Assembly: GCA_964619725.1 (NCBI GenBank)
Contig: CAZUFC010000044.1
Span: forward strand, 12,102 to 43,236
DNA: 31,135 bases
Direction: 5' to 3'
DNA from: an uncultured bacterium
Lineage (GTDB): Bacteria; CSSED10-310; CAZUFC01
Of the stretch, positions 17,616 through 27,542 are shown piece by piece (within the stretch, counting starts at the first letter, position 1; every line of letters begins with the position of its first letter). A program made the translations under genes and the position numbers. A model generated the notes under the pieces. That model was not told the DNA's origin. It worked only from the letters and a program-made list of their open reading frames with translations, and did not search any database.

Positions 17616-18533
17616 ATGAAAAACGGGATCAAAGCGGCAAAAATAAAAATAGGCGAAAAAACGGCAATTGCCGTCGTTCTTGTTATTTATTCGCTGGGAG
17701 GCGGTTGCGTTACTTTTCGGTTGGGCAACTTAAAGGCTGAGGCTTTGCGTTGTTTTGAGCTTCAGAAATATGAGCGAGCTGCGAAAAAGTTCAGGGAAAT
17801 AACGGTTATCGCTCCTGATGATGCAGAATCCCTGTTGCTTTTGGGTTGGTGTCGATACTATGAGGGGCGGATGGATAAGGCGGTTGAGTCGTTTGAATCA
17901 TTGCTTAATCGGTTTCCGAAGGTTGAAGAATCCAGGAGAGTATCCTGTTTGCAGGGATTGACGCTGGCCCACTATTACAGGCAAAACTATCAGAAAGTTT
18001 TGCGCGTCGCGGGGAAGGCTTTGAGTTTGAATGCTTCCTGGGTAAACGGCTATTTGCTGAAAGGCTGGTCATTTTTTTATCTGGGTTCCTATGACATGGC
18101 CGAGAGAGAATTCGAGAAGGCGAAAGAATTGAACGCAAGTTTATATGAGGCGGACCGCGGGATTGGATTATGCGCGTATTATCAAGGCGATTATGAGCAT
18201 GCCCGGATCATGTTGAAAACCGCCCTGGATCGATGCGAAGAAACAGCGAATCCGGTTGAAAAAAGAGCTGTTCTTTCAGAGCTGGGTTGGGCCTGTCTGA
18301 AAGCGGACCGACTTCAAGACGCGGAATTTTATTTGAAAGAATGCGGGGGCGATGCCCCCTTCTCTTTCAACGTCAAACTGGGCCTGGCCTATGTTGCGCT
18401 CGAACAAGGCCGATATGAAAAAAGCCGTGAATTGTTCGATGAATTATTGGAGCTTTTTCCTGAGAGTCCTATAATACTTGAGGGAAAAAACAGGATTGAG
18501 GAAGAAAAAAACATCAAGAGTGAAACCAATTGA
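17616..18533 (+). CDS. Tetratricopeptide-repeat protein, probable lipoprotein
   Basis: Basic N-terminus, hydrophobic stretch and LGGGC lipobox-like motif; repeated LGW..Y..G....A...F TPR helices. Confidence 0.85.
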   Translation: MKNGIKAAKIKIGEKTAIAVVLVIYSLGGGCVTFRLGNLKAEALRCFELQKYERAAKKFREITVIAPDDAESLLLLGWCRYYEGRMDKAVESFESLLNRFPKVEESRRVSCLQGLTLAHYYRQNYQKVLRVAGKALSLNASWVNGYLLKGWSFFYLGSYDMAEREFEKAKELNASLYEADRGIGLCAYYQGDYEHARIMLKTALDRCEETANPVEKRAVLSELGWACLKADRLQDAEFYLKECGGDAPFSFNVKLGLAYVALEQGRYEKSRELFDELLELFPESPIILEGKNRIEEEKNIKSETN

Positions 18534-18616
18534 TAAGGATTTTTTTTAATCAGGAACGCCGAATTCATTTTTATGATCATTTTAGGAAGAAATGACGGAA
18601 TAATGAACAATTCAGT

Positions 18617-18645
18617 TTGTAAATTAATAAATTTTTTATTATTTT
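18617..18645 (+). promoter_or_regulatory. Candidate sigma-70 promoter for the def operon
   Basis: TTGTAA-17 nt-TATTTT in an AT-rich intergenic region. Confidence 0.3.
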
Positions 18646-18724
18646 ATAAGAGGCGTGGGGGCGCTTATGAATCCTGAGCAGATTTTTAGTATCTACACAG
18701 AGGGTGGAGCGAAGGAGGTTAATC

Positions 18725-19240
18725 ATGGCGGTTAGAGAAATTGTTTTATATGGAGATGAAAGGCTTCGGCAAGAGTCTAAACTTTTAGATGAAATTACCG
18801 AAGCAGATCAAATCCTGATTGATGATATGATCGAGACCATGCTGAGGGCTCCGGGAGTGGGACTGGCGGCGGTTCAAGTAGGCCAGATGAAGCGCATACT
18901 GGTTTTTGTCGAAAACGCTGCATCCGATGAAGAAAAAAGCGCCAGGGCTTTAATCAACCCTGAGATCACAGAATATTCAAAGGAAACCTGGGTTATGGAA
19001 GAGGGTTGTTTGAGCGTTCCTGATGTAAACGAAGATGTAAGGCGAGCCAAGTTTGTGAAGGTTGAAGCGTTGGACAGGGAAGGCAATACTGTGGTTATAG
19101 AGGGAGATGAGATGGTCAGCAGGATATTGCAGCATGAGATAGATCATCTGGACGGAACGCTTTTCATTGACAGATTGAGGCCCTTGAAGGAGCGTCTGGT
19201 AAAGAAGAGACTGAAGAAGCGGTTGTTACAGGGAGCATAG
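18725..19240 (+). CDS. def: Peptide deformylase
   Basis: GVGLAAVQVG, EGCLS and QHEIDHLDG motifs; AGGAGG RBS before ATG 18725. Confidence 0.97.
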   Translation: MAVREIVLYGDERLRQESKLLDEITEADQILIDDMIETMLRAPGVGLAAVQVGQMKRILVFVENAASDEEKSARALINPEITEYSKETWVMEEGCLSVPDVNEDVRRAKFVKVEALDREGNTVVIEGDEMVSRILQHEIDHLDGTLFIDRLRPLKERLVKKRLKKRLLQGA

Positions 19241-19244
19241 ACTG

Positions 19245-20207
19245 ATGAGTGATGAGATCATTTTCATGGGGACGCCTGAATTTGCTGCGGTGCATCTTTC
19301 CAGGCTTATAAAGGAGGATTACCGGATAACCCTGGTGGTGACGCAGCCTGACAGGCCGGTTGGCCGCGGAAGAAAGCTTAAGCCATCGCCGGTGAAGGTC
19401 ATAGCGCAGGAAGCGGGCCTGAAAGTCAGCGAACCGGAAAAGATCAGGAACCGGGAGTTCATGAGCCTGATGGAGCGATATGAGCCTGATTATCTGGTGG
19501 TTGCAGCCTATGGAAAGATTCTGCCCAGAAGGATTTTACAGATACCGCGCAAGATACCCGTGAATATGCATCCTTCATTGCTCCCGAAATACAGGGGGCC
19601 TTCGCCTGCTGCTTTTACGATAATAAACGGCGATGAATACGGCGGCATCACTACAATGTTGATGACGCCCAGGATGGACGCCGGCGATATATTGCTTCAG
19701 CGAAAAGTTCGGATAAAGGAAAGGGAGAATGCGGAGGAGCTGGAATTAAGATTAGCCGAATTGGGCGCTGATCTTTTAGTCGAAACTCTGGATAAATATT
19801 CGGTCGGGCTTATCGAACCCCGGAAGCAGGATGAGGATAAAGCAATTTATGTTCCTTTGCTGACCAAGGCTCATGGGCTCATTGATTGGGAAAAAAGCGC
19901 TGAAAAAATAGAGAATTTCGTATATGGGATGAATCCCTGGCCCGGCGCTTATTCCTTTTTGAACGGCAGAAGGATTGCGATTATTGAAGCGGAAGCGTTT
20001 CCGGAAGAGGAGGAAGAGGAAGATGAAGTCCGCTCGCCTGGAGATGCCGTGCGATTGAACGACAAGCGAAATTTTTGGGTTAAAACGGGTGATGGGCTTT
20101 TGCGCCTGGATAATATTAAACCGGAAAATTCACGGAGGATGGAGGCTGCAGCATTTTTACGCGGCTTGCAGGATAAAACGGATTTACGTTTCTCTCAGAA
20201 GAGATGA
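19245..20207 (+). CDS. fmt: Methionyl-tRNA formyltransferase
   Basis: IFMGTPEFA, VTQPDRP.GRG, HPSLLPKYRG, MDAGD and PWPGAY; follows def. Confidence 0.97.
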   Translation: MSDEIIFMGTPEFAAVHLSRLIKEDYRITLVVTQPDRPVGRGRKLKPSPVKVIAQEAGLKVSEPEKIRNREFMSLMERYEPDYLVVAAYGKILPRRILQIPRKIPVNMHPSLLPKYRGPSPAAFTIINGDEYGGITTMLMTPRMDAGDILLQRKVRIKERENAEELELRLAELGADLLVETLDKYSVGLIEPRKQDEDKAIYVPLLTKAHGLIDWEKSAEKIENFVYGMNPWPGAYSFLNGRRIAIIEAEAFPEEEEEEDEVRSPGDAVRLNDKRNFWVKTGDGLLRLDNIKPENSRRMEAAAFLRGLQDKTDLRFSQKR

Positions 20208-20306
20208 ACTTTAAGGCAATCTTAAAAAATAAAGAGATTTTGCGAACTATTTGCAGCATTTTAAAAATCAACTGACGAAAAGTTAATAGATTGGAGCGCC
20301 GTATAG

Positions 20307-21671
20307 ATGAACGCGGTCATAAACACTGATAAGGTCAGATATGAAGCCATAAAAGCGCTTTTGCAGGTACAAAAGGGCAGAAAATTACCGACGGCAGCGA
20401 TGGCTGCAAAAGCCGGAACTAATTGGACGCAAACCAACATGAACTTTTTCAATGAACTGACGCATGGCGTATGCAGAAAGAGAAATTTGCTGGATGCGGT
20501 GATACGGCGGTGTTCCAACAGGTCTTTGGAGGCTATAGATGCGATATTGCTTGAGGTTTTGAGGGTGGGCGTCTATCAGTTTTTTTACATGAACAGCGTT
20601 CCCGGATATGCGGTGGTGAACGAGTCGGTGAAGATAGCTATGAGTTCAAAGGGGCGGGGCGCTGCGGGGTTCGTGAATGCGGTATTGCGCAAGGCGGCGA
20701 AAGAGGATATAAATGCTTTCATGCCTGAAAAGCTTGACAGTATTCGATCTATTTCGCTGGCATATTCGCATCCCCGCTGGATGATAAGAAGGTGGTCGCA
20801 GCATTTCAATCTGGATGCTGCTGCCGAGATATGTCGGTTCAACAATAGTCCGGCATCGATGCATATTAGAGTGGACAGCTCAAAGATTGATCGTGATGAA
20901 TTCATAGAGAAGATCAGAGAAGAGGGATTCGGCGCTGAAAAATTAAATTCTGGTCCTGAGGCTGTTGTTTTGGATAAGGGCAGCGGTTTTACGGAGACTA
21001 CGTTATTTAAAGGGGGATATTTCACGGTGCAGGATGAGATGTCTCAGTTGATGCCGTTGCTGTTGAAACCGGAACCGGGGGGTTCCATTCTTGATGCATG
21101 CGCCGGCAAAGGCAGCAAGACTCTGCATATGGTGCAAATGATCGCGTCGAACGGCAAGGTCGTTGCTGCTGACATGAATCCCGGCAACTTGAAGTTGATG
21201 GAAAATGAAGAGAAGAGAATGAAATATGAACCTGTGCAGAAGATGGTCGTTGATTGGACGAAACGTTCCGTCACGCAGAACAACATCATGTATTTCGATC
21301 ACATCTTGTTCGACGCTCCCTGTTCAGGCCTTGGAGTTCTGCACAGACATCCCGATATAAGATGGAACCGGAAAAAAGATGATATCTCCAAGGCGGCATT
21401 GATACAGAAACAGATCGGAAAAAATCTGATAACACGCTTGAAATCCGGCGGAACTCTATTATATTGTGTCTGCTGTTACGAACCGGAGGAAACTTTTTCG
21501 ATAGTCGAGAGTCTCATGCAATCAGAGCAACTGGAATTAGTACCGATCATACCTGAAATAGAGGGCCGTTCCATACAGGAATTCATTACGCCTGACGGTT
21601 TTTTTCTCTCTCTGCCTTACCCGCATAAGACAAGCGGGTATTTTGCCGCGTTATTTCGTAAAACAAAATGA
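20307..21671 (+). CDS. rsmB: 16S rRNA m5C967 methyltransferase (NusB-like domain plus methyltransferase)
   Basis: AVVNESV, GFVNAVLR, SHPRW, VQD, LDACAGKG.K and DAPCSG.G; def-fmt-rsmB synteny. Confidence 0.93.
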   Translation: MNAVINTDKVRYEAIKALLQVQKGRKLPTAAMAAKAGTNWTQTNMNFFNELTHGVCRKRNLLDAVIRRCSNRSLEAIDAILLEVLRVGVYQFFYMNSVPGYAVVNESVKIAMSSKGRGAAGFVNAVLRKAAKEDINAFMPEKLDSIRSISLAYSHPRWMIRRWSQHFNLDAAAEICRFNNSPASMHIRVDSSKIDRDEFIEKIREEGFGAEKLNSGPEAVVLDKGSGFTETTLFKGGYFTVQDEMSQLMPLLLKPEPGGSILDACAGKGSKTLHMVQMIASNGKVVAADMNPGNLKLMENEEKRMKYEPVQKMVVDWTKRSVTQNNIMYFDHILFDAPCSGLGVLHRHPDIRWNRKKDDISKAALIQKQIGKNLITRLKSGGTLLYCVCCYEPEETFSIVESLMQSEQLELVPIIPEIEGRSIQEFITPDGFFLSLPYPHKTSGYFAALFRKTK

Positions 21672-22627
21672 AGAGTCTGCGGAGGGTTTTCAGGTTTCTT
21701 CAGTATGCTGTACTGATCGTGGTATTGACTTTAGTTGTAATCGTCAGCGGATGGGTGACGATGAAGCTGATCGTCAGCGGCGAAGAGGTTCCTGTGCCGA
21801 CGTTGGCGGGTAAAACAGCTTCGGAAGCTTTGAAAATAACGCAGGAAAGAGGATTCAATCTTAGAATAGAATCGGAAGAATACCATCCTGCCGTACCCCC
21901 TGGGTTTGTTATCTCTCAGGAACCTTCGCCCAGAACAAAATTGAAGAAAAACCGATCCGTTCGAGTGGTCTTGAGTCTGGGGGCTGAAAAAATAGTTATG
22001 CCTGATTTAAAGGGTTTGACGCTCCGCGAGACGGAAGCAATGATCCGGCGGTTGGGGCTTCAACTTGGGAAGGTAAGTAAAACTTACAGCGACGATATCA
22101 GGGAAGGACGCGTGGTCGCTCATTTTCCCGATTTCGGCGGCATCTGCCGGTTCGGACAAAACATCGATCTTTTGATCAGTCTGGGGGCGAACGCCCGGGA
22201 ATATATTATGCCCGAACTTTCGGGCAAGGAATTGGCGCGCATTCGCAGCATGTTCGACGAAATGGGCGTTCAACCCGCTCACATTAAATATGAATCCTCA
22301 TCTCACCTCAAACCGGGAGTGGTCATCAAACAGGAACCCTCTGCCGGTTCGCTGGTTTCCGTGGCAGAGGATGTTTATTTGACCGTCAACGGACCTGATT
22401 CGGCAACTCAGGCAGGAGAAGAGTACTATCTTTTCACCTGGGTGACGCCTGAGGGTGCGCCGCGCAATGAAGTGACCATTTTGCATCTGTACAATGAAGA
22501 AGCGCGTGAAGTTTTCAGCAGGAATTGCGAGCAACTGGAGCGCATATCGGTGGAAGTTCCCTGGATAGAAAATTCTTCGATAGAGGTTCGTTTGAATGAT
22601 CGTGTCGTTTACAGAGAGAGCCTGTAG
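21668..22627 (+). CDS. Membrane-anchored PASTA-domain protein (three repeats)
   Basis: N-terminal TM helix; three V/MP.L.G...G.V..Q.P repeats; typical position before rpe. Confidence 0.9.
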   Translation: MKSLRRVFRFLQYAVLIVVLTLVVIVSGWVTMKLIVSGEEVPVPTLAGKTASEALKITQERGFNLRIESEEYHPAVPPGFVISQEPSPRTKLKKNRSVRVVLSLGAEKIVMPDLKGLTLRETEAMIRRLGLQLGKVSKTYSDDIREGRVVAHFPDFGGICRFGQNIDLLISLGANAREYIMPELSGKELARIRSMFDEMGVQPAHIKYESSSHLKPGVVIKQEPSAGSLVSVAEDVYLTVNGPDSATQAGEEYYLFTWVTPEGAPRNEVTILHLYNEEAREVFSRNCEQLERISVEVPWIENSSIEVRLNDRVVYRESL

Positions 22628-22692
22628 GGCGAATTGGAAGGGGTTTGTAATTGAAGGGGAGTAAAAATTGATTATCATCCCGGGAGGAGAAC

Positions 22693-23355
22693 ATGGCTAA
22701 AATAGCGCCCTCTTTATTGTCGGCCGATTTCAGTCGATTGGGGGAAGAGCTGGACAAAGTAGTACGTGCGGGAGCGGAATATATTCATGTGGACGTCATG
22801 GACGGTCGGTTCGTTCCTCAGATAACCATCGGGCAACCGGTTGTCCGGGCATTGAAAAGAATCTGTCCTGTGCCGCTGGATGTGCATCTTATGATAGAGC
22901 GGCCTGATGATGCCGTAGAATCGTTTCTTAAGGCCGGTAGCGATTATCTGACGGTACATGTGGAGACAGCGCTTCACCTGGACAGGACCTTGAATCTGAT
23001 TAAACAAGCGGGCGCCGGCGCCGGCGCTGCGCTCAATCCCTCGACTCCCGTTTCGCTCCTTGAAAACGTCATTCACCTCACTGATCTTATCCTTATAATG
23101 AGCGTCAATCCGGGATTCGGAGGACAGAAATTCATCCCCTATTCGCTCGATAAAATCAGGGAATTATCGGAAATGGCGGAAAGCAGGGGGGTGAATCCCA
23201 TAATAGCGGTAGACGGGGGAATCAACCGGGACAATATCGTGAGCGTTGCCGAGGCCGGAGCCGATCTGATCATAGCGGGTTCAAGCATCTTTCATTCCGA
23301 TGATCCTGGAGAGATGACCAGGCGATTTATTCGAATGATAGAAAAAAATGAATAA
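22693..23355 (+). CDS. rpe: Ribulose-phosphate 3-epimerase
   Basis: IAPSLLSADF, HVDVMDG.FVP, DVHLM, MSVNPGFGGQ and VDGG motifs. Confidence 0.97.
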   Translation: MAKIAPSLLSADFSRLGEELDKVVRAGAEYIHVDVMDGRFVPQITIGQPVVRALKRICPVPLDVHLMIERPDDAVESFLKAGSDYLTVHVETALHLDRTLNLIKQAGAGAGAALNPSTPVSLLENVIHLTDLILIMSVNPGFGGQKFIPYSLDKIRELSEMAESRGVNPIIAVDGGINRDNIVSVAEAGADLIIAGSSIFHSDDPGEMTRRFIRMIEKNE

Positions 23356-24508
23356 GAATTCTGACTACTATAATTCCCTTTTGAAAGAAACGGCTGAAGC
23401 CGTGAATCTCGCCGAGGGAGCTGAAGGGGTCAGGATATTTTTAACTACGGTGGAGAAACATCCGGGGATTTCTTTAAAAAAACTGGCATCCGAGATTGAG
23501 CTTCCTCTTCCGGTTACGGCCGCAATCCGGCGAGAGCTTGAAAAGCGCGATGTTTTGATACGGCGCCAGGGTATTCGTTTTTCCGACGCGTTTTCCCGGA
23601 AACTATCCCGGAAGACGATTGACGCAAAACCCGACCCTCTTCCACAAGAAAATTTTCTGCCGGAAAACATATTGGAAGATATTTCTGAAGAATTGAGGGA
23701 CATACTTGATTCGAGACCGTCGGCAGACCCGAAGCTGGATCAATCCAAAGCGGTTTTCGATACAATCATAAGGCGGATCAGCTTTATGATCGATAACGAT
23801 CTGATTTCCGGCAGAATTATAGTGTTTCTGGGCGACGATGATTTGATGAGCATAGCTGCGGGGCTGGCCGGGGCAGCTTTAAACAAACCCGCCAACCGTC
23901 TGATCTCAATAGACGTGGATGACCGTTTTCTTTCCGCCATAAAAAAACGTTCTTTTCATTGCAAGCCGCCCGTCGAAACGATTTTACATGATTTAAGGAG
24001 TCCGCTGACGCCTGACTTACGAGATATGGCTGACGTGATCGTAACCGATCCTCCTTATACCAGGGACGGAATAAGCCTTTTTTTGAGTCGCGCTGCCGAA
24101 GCGCTAAAAAATGAACCCGCAAAAAAAGTAATGCTGTTCGCTAATCCTGGTATGCCGCAGAAGGAGCGGCAAGTACAAAGCGACATTATTGAAGCGGGAT
24201 TTCTGATCAAGGAAATCCACAGAAGGTTTTCGCGATATGAGGGAGCGTCGGTGATCGGGAGTCAGAGTCATTTTTATTATTTAGAGAGCGTCGGAGAAGA
24301 GTTTTCTGTAACGGGGAAGCGAAAGTGGGAAAAGATTTATACTTACGACGTAAACCCGACGGTCAAAATCTACCGATGTCAGTCCTGCAGGACGAAATTC
24401 AGGGTCGGGCAAAAGCAGAAATACGAAGTGATTGGTGAGTTGAAAGAATCGGGATGCCCGAACTGCGGAGCCCGTAAATTTCAAAGGGTCGCCAAATTGA
24501 AACTTTAG
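23348..24508 (+). CDS. BpsA-like N4-bis(aminopropyl)spermidine synthase family protein (DUF43) with C-terminal zinc ribbon
   Basis: LDQ, FLGDDDLMS, DVDDR, HDLR.PL and TDPPYT.DG..LFLSR motifs; terminal CQSC...CPNCG; overlaps rpe by 8 nt. Confidence 0.8.
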   Translation: MNKNSDYYNSLLKETAEAVNLAEGAEGVRIFLTTVEKHPGISLKKLASEIELPLPVTAAIRRELEKRDVLIRRQGIRFSDAFSRKLSRKTIDAKPDPLPQENFLPENILEDISEELRDILDSRPSADPKLDQSKAVFDTIIRRISFMIDNDLISGRIIVFLGDDDLMSIAAGLAGAALNKPANRLISIDVDDRFLSAIKKRSFHCKPPVETILHDLRSPLTPDLRDMADVIVTDPPYTRDGISLFLSRAAEALKNEPAKKVMLFANPGMPQKERQVQSDIIEAGFLIKEIHRRFSRYEGASVIGSQSHFYYLESVGEEFSVTGKRKWEKIYTYDVNPTVKIYRCQSCRTKFRVGQKQKYEVIGELKESGCPNCGARKFQRVAKLKL

Positions 24509-24528
24509 CCCGGATTTTTCAAACAAAA

Positions 24529-24673
24529 CCTGTTACGAACGTCCCTATCCCCGCCCCTTCAAGCGCTGCTTCCTACTTGTTCAGCATAGCGCTGCTATGC
24601 TTCCGCAGTCCTCAGGATCGACATGCTCGAATGTGCGGGAATCTGAACGCTCTCCATATGATTTTGTATCAGG
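24529..24673. repeat. Palindromic MITE/REP-like intergenic element
   Basis: Ends CCTGTTACGA / TTGTATCAGG (8/10 inverted); central hairpin AGCATAGC-GCT-GCTATGCT (24583-24601); imperfect complementary arms in between. Confidence 0.45.
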
Positions 24674-24749
24674 AATCCGGGATAATAGGTGCGGCTTATC
24701 TGATCAGTCCCGGATATTTGTCCGCCTGCGAAAAACTGCTGTTCTTGTT

Positions 24750-24779
24750 TTGACATCCGTAAAGATTTTCGCGTACATT
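24750..24779 (+). promoter_or_regulatory. Candidate sigma-70 promoter
   Basis: TTGACA-18 nt-TACATT, about 75 nt upstream of ATG 24853. Confidence 0.45.
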
Positions 24780-24852
24780 GATTAGGAATATCCGTTTCAA
24801 GTTTTGAAACGGGTTATTTGAAGATTTGGGGAGTCAACCAAAGGGAGAAGAG

Positions 24853-27531
24853 ATGAGTTATAGAAGAGAAATGATTGTTTCATTAATTTTTTGTGCGTTT
24901 TTTCTGCTGCCGACGTGTGAAAGTTCAGCAGCGGTAATAAGAGTTGATTGCAACGGCGGGGGCGATTATACGACGATCAGCGATGCCTTGGCGGCAGCGG
25001 AAAGCGGAGATACGATCCAGGTTGCCGAGTGCGTTTATCCTGAAGTGATAACTCTGGCTGACGGGATAGAGCTGTTGGGGGGATTTGAAGCTGCCGGATG
25101 GACCAGAGACGTTAATGAATATATTACTGTCATTGATGCGGCGGAAGGGACGACGCCGCCTGTCAGCGCCTCTCAGGTGTCGGGAGCGGTTTTCGACGGT
25201 TTCAGCGTGATAAACTGGTCTCCCGAAGCGGTCCGTCTGGAAGAAAGCCAGGTGACTATTTCTAATAACAGATTGGAATCGCCTGCAGGCAGTTACGGAA
25301 CGGGAATTTATGCTTTGAATTCTGAATCGGTTCTGAATTACAACTATATCACAGGCGGTTATGAAACAGGTTTGGCTGACGGCATCCTGGTTTACAATAT
25401 GCCTGCTTACCGATTGGGAAAGCAATACGTGCCCGACATTACGAATAACCTGGTTTCATACGCTTCAAACGGAATAAGAATTCTTTCGCCGTATGATTTT
25501 GAGATGGATATATCGGGTAATTCCTTATACATGGGATTCAATGGAATTTATGCTTACAATTATACGGGCTCCGTAACGCCGACCCTCTCTTACAATACGA
25601 TTTACGGAGAGTATGGAATACAAATCCAAAGCCGGTACGGCGAATTGAGTCCTGTGATAACGAACAATGTTCTGAACAGTTACAGCGGCGGCATCAATTT
25701 ATACAGTTATTATTATGGTCCTCAGAATAAGGAAACAGGAAAGAACGACAAGCAGACCTGGGCGCCGGTAATCGAATCGAACGATATCACCGCTTTCGAA
25801 TTCGGCATCCATTGCCTTACTTCAGCTTTGGGAATAGGCGGCACGATCTCTCAGAACGTTATTACAGGGACTGGTCGGGGCGTCTGGGTTTTCTCCGATC
25901 AGCAGCCGATCGATACGTTGATAAGCGGCAATTATGTCACTTCGAGCACCGGCGGTATGATGGGAATCGCCTGCATTTCTCAAAATTCGATAGCGAATCC
26001 GACGATCGCCTCCAACACCGTTTTATACGGTCAATACGGCATCGGTATTTACTCATCCGAATACCAGACGTCAGGGGTTGTGAGCGACAATACGGTCAAT
26101 GTGGGATATACCGGTATTTCAATCATCAACGTATATGTTGACGGCAATACGGAAATCAAAAACAACGAAATATCGGGTCATGCTCAGAACGGCATTGAAT
26201 TCAGAGGAGAAGGTTCGATCCTGACGCCGACGATTACGGATAACGACATCAACGGCGGACGTTTTGGAATTATTATAGACGGTAATAATGAAATAAGTCC
26301 CACTATTTCGCAAAATACCATTCATTCTCAGGATCACTCGAATATTTTCATCATGGACGAGATGTATCAGAATTACACTTCAGAACGCAACGATTCCAAA
26401 CAAATACATTCTCCCATCATCTCTGATAACGTCTTGTATGATGCGGGCGAAACCGGGATAATGATTACTAATTACAATTATCCTGTAGGCGGCGTAATTG
26501 CAGGAAACTTAATCCACGATACTGCGGCAGGCGTTTATTTTGAAGCGCTTAACGAATGTTCAACGGAAATTGCGAATAACCTGATTTACAATGAGGAGCA
26601 TGCCTGCGTTAATGTCGACGGCGCTTACCAGACCTCGATCTATCCCAATATCTGGAACAATACGTTTGCGTATTCTTACGACGGCGTATGGATCGAGGGA
26701 GAACCCCTGTCGCCGACGATAACAAACAATATAATCGTTTCCAATACAAACAGCGGCATATCGATCATCGAGGGTTTCAAGGCGGAAGAGGAAAAAGGTT
26801 CAGGCCAGAAAGACGCCTCAATCGATTACAATGACGTCTGGAACAACGGGGAAAATTACGTTTATTGCACGCCCGGTCCTAATGACATTTCCGCGGACCC
26901 GCTTTTTGCATCAGGACCTGACGGCGATTATTACCTGAGTCAGACTGCTGCTGGACAGAGCCAGGACAGTCCATGCCTGGATGCCGGCAGCGCTCCGGCT
27001 GATTCTCTCTCGATTCTGGGAACTTCCTTCGGAGAAATGACGACCAGGACCGATGAGGCGTTTGATTCTGGCACAGTGGACATGGGTTACCATTATGCTG
27101 TCGAAATGACTCCTACGCCGGTCCTTACTGGTACGCCGACAGAAACGCCCACAGATACGCCGACTGAAATACCTACAGATACGCCGACTGAAACGCCTAC
27201 AGATACCCCTACTGAAACGCCTACCTTAACGTTTACGCCGGTTCCTACAGACACTCCGACCGGAATTCCCACCGCTACACAGACGAGTTCTCCTGTGTTT
27301 TCGCCAACCGTTACCCCGTCTCCGACCCAGACTTTCTCCCCCACTCAGATTCCTTCCGATACTCCAACTATGACCGAAACTCCCGTTTATTCTCCCACAG
27401 TTACGCTGACGCCTACGCAGCCTGTCATACCGGCATTGAACTCTTCAGGGATTACGATTCTGATTCTCGCCGCCGGTTTTATGCTTTTCATTTTCGGCTG
27501 GAAAAAGAATCATAACGAAATTATACAGTAA
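24853..27531 (+). CDS. Secreted right-handed parallel beta-helix (pectin-lyase-like/NosD) repeat protein with Pro/Thr linker and IPTL-CTERM-like anchor
   Basis: AAGGGAG RBS, signal peptide, GDYTTI.DA...A..GDTI.V start, many I..N.I...GI repeats, DPLF...SPCLDAG...VDMGYHY cap, PT-rich stalk, then IPALNSSG + TM + KK. Confidence 0.85.
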   Translation: MSYRREMIVSLIFCAFFLLPTCESSAAVIRVDCNGGGDYTTISDALAAAESGDTIQVAECVYPEVITLADGIELLGGFEAAGWTRDVNEYITVIDAAEGTTPPVSASQVSGAVFDGFSVINWSPEAVRLEESQVTISNNRLESPAGSYGTGIYALNSESVLNYNYITGGYETGLADGILVYNMPAYRLGKQYVPDITNNLVSYASNGIRILSPYDFEMDISGNSLYMGFNGIYAYNYTGSVTPTLSYNTIYGEYGIQIQSRYGELSPVITNNVLNSYSGGINLYSYYYGPQNKETGKNDKQTWAPVIESNDITAFEFGIHCLTSALGIGGTISQNVITGTGRGVWVFSDQQPIDTLISGNYVTSSTGGMMGIACISQNSIANPTIASNTVLYGQYGIGIYSSEYQTSGVVSDNTVNVGYTGISIINVYVDGNTEIKNNEISGHAQNGIEFRGEGSILTPTITDNDINGGRFGIIIDGNNEISPTISQNTIHSQDHSNIFIMDEMYQNYTSERNDSKQIHSPIISDNVLYDAGETGIMITNYNYPVGGVIAGNLIHDTAAGVYFEALNECSTEIANNLIYNEEHACVNVDGAYQTSIYPNIWNNTFAYSYDGVWIEGEPLSPTITNNIIVSNTNSGISIIEGFKAEEEKGSGQKDASIDYNDVWNNGENYVYCTPGPNDISADPLFASGPDGDYYLSQTAAGQSQDSPCLDAGSAPADSLSILGTSFGEMTTRTDEAFDSGTVDMGYHYAVEMTPTPVLTGTPTETPTDTPTEIPTDTPTETPTDTPTETPTLTFTPVPTDTPTGIPTATQTSSPVFSPTVTPSPTQTFSPTQIPSDTPTMTETPVYSPTVTLTPTQPVIPALNSSGITILILAAGFMLFIFGWKKNHNEIIQ
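27133..27228 (+). repeat. Coding 12-bp tandem repeat (TPTE/TPTD, 8 units)
   Basis: ACGCCGACTGAA / ACGCCTACAGAT-type units within the Pro/Thr linker. Confidence 0.9.
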
Positions 27532-27542
27532 TTTCTTTTTAC

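Noticed and set aside
19990-21480. Poly-Glu insert in Fmt and YCVCC in place of YSTCS in RsmB
   Set aside because: A surface-loop expansion and a substitution that keeps the catalytic Cys; not evidence of altered function.
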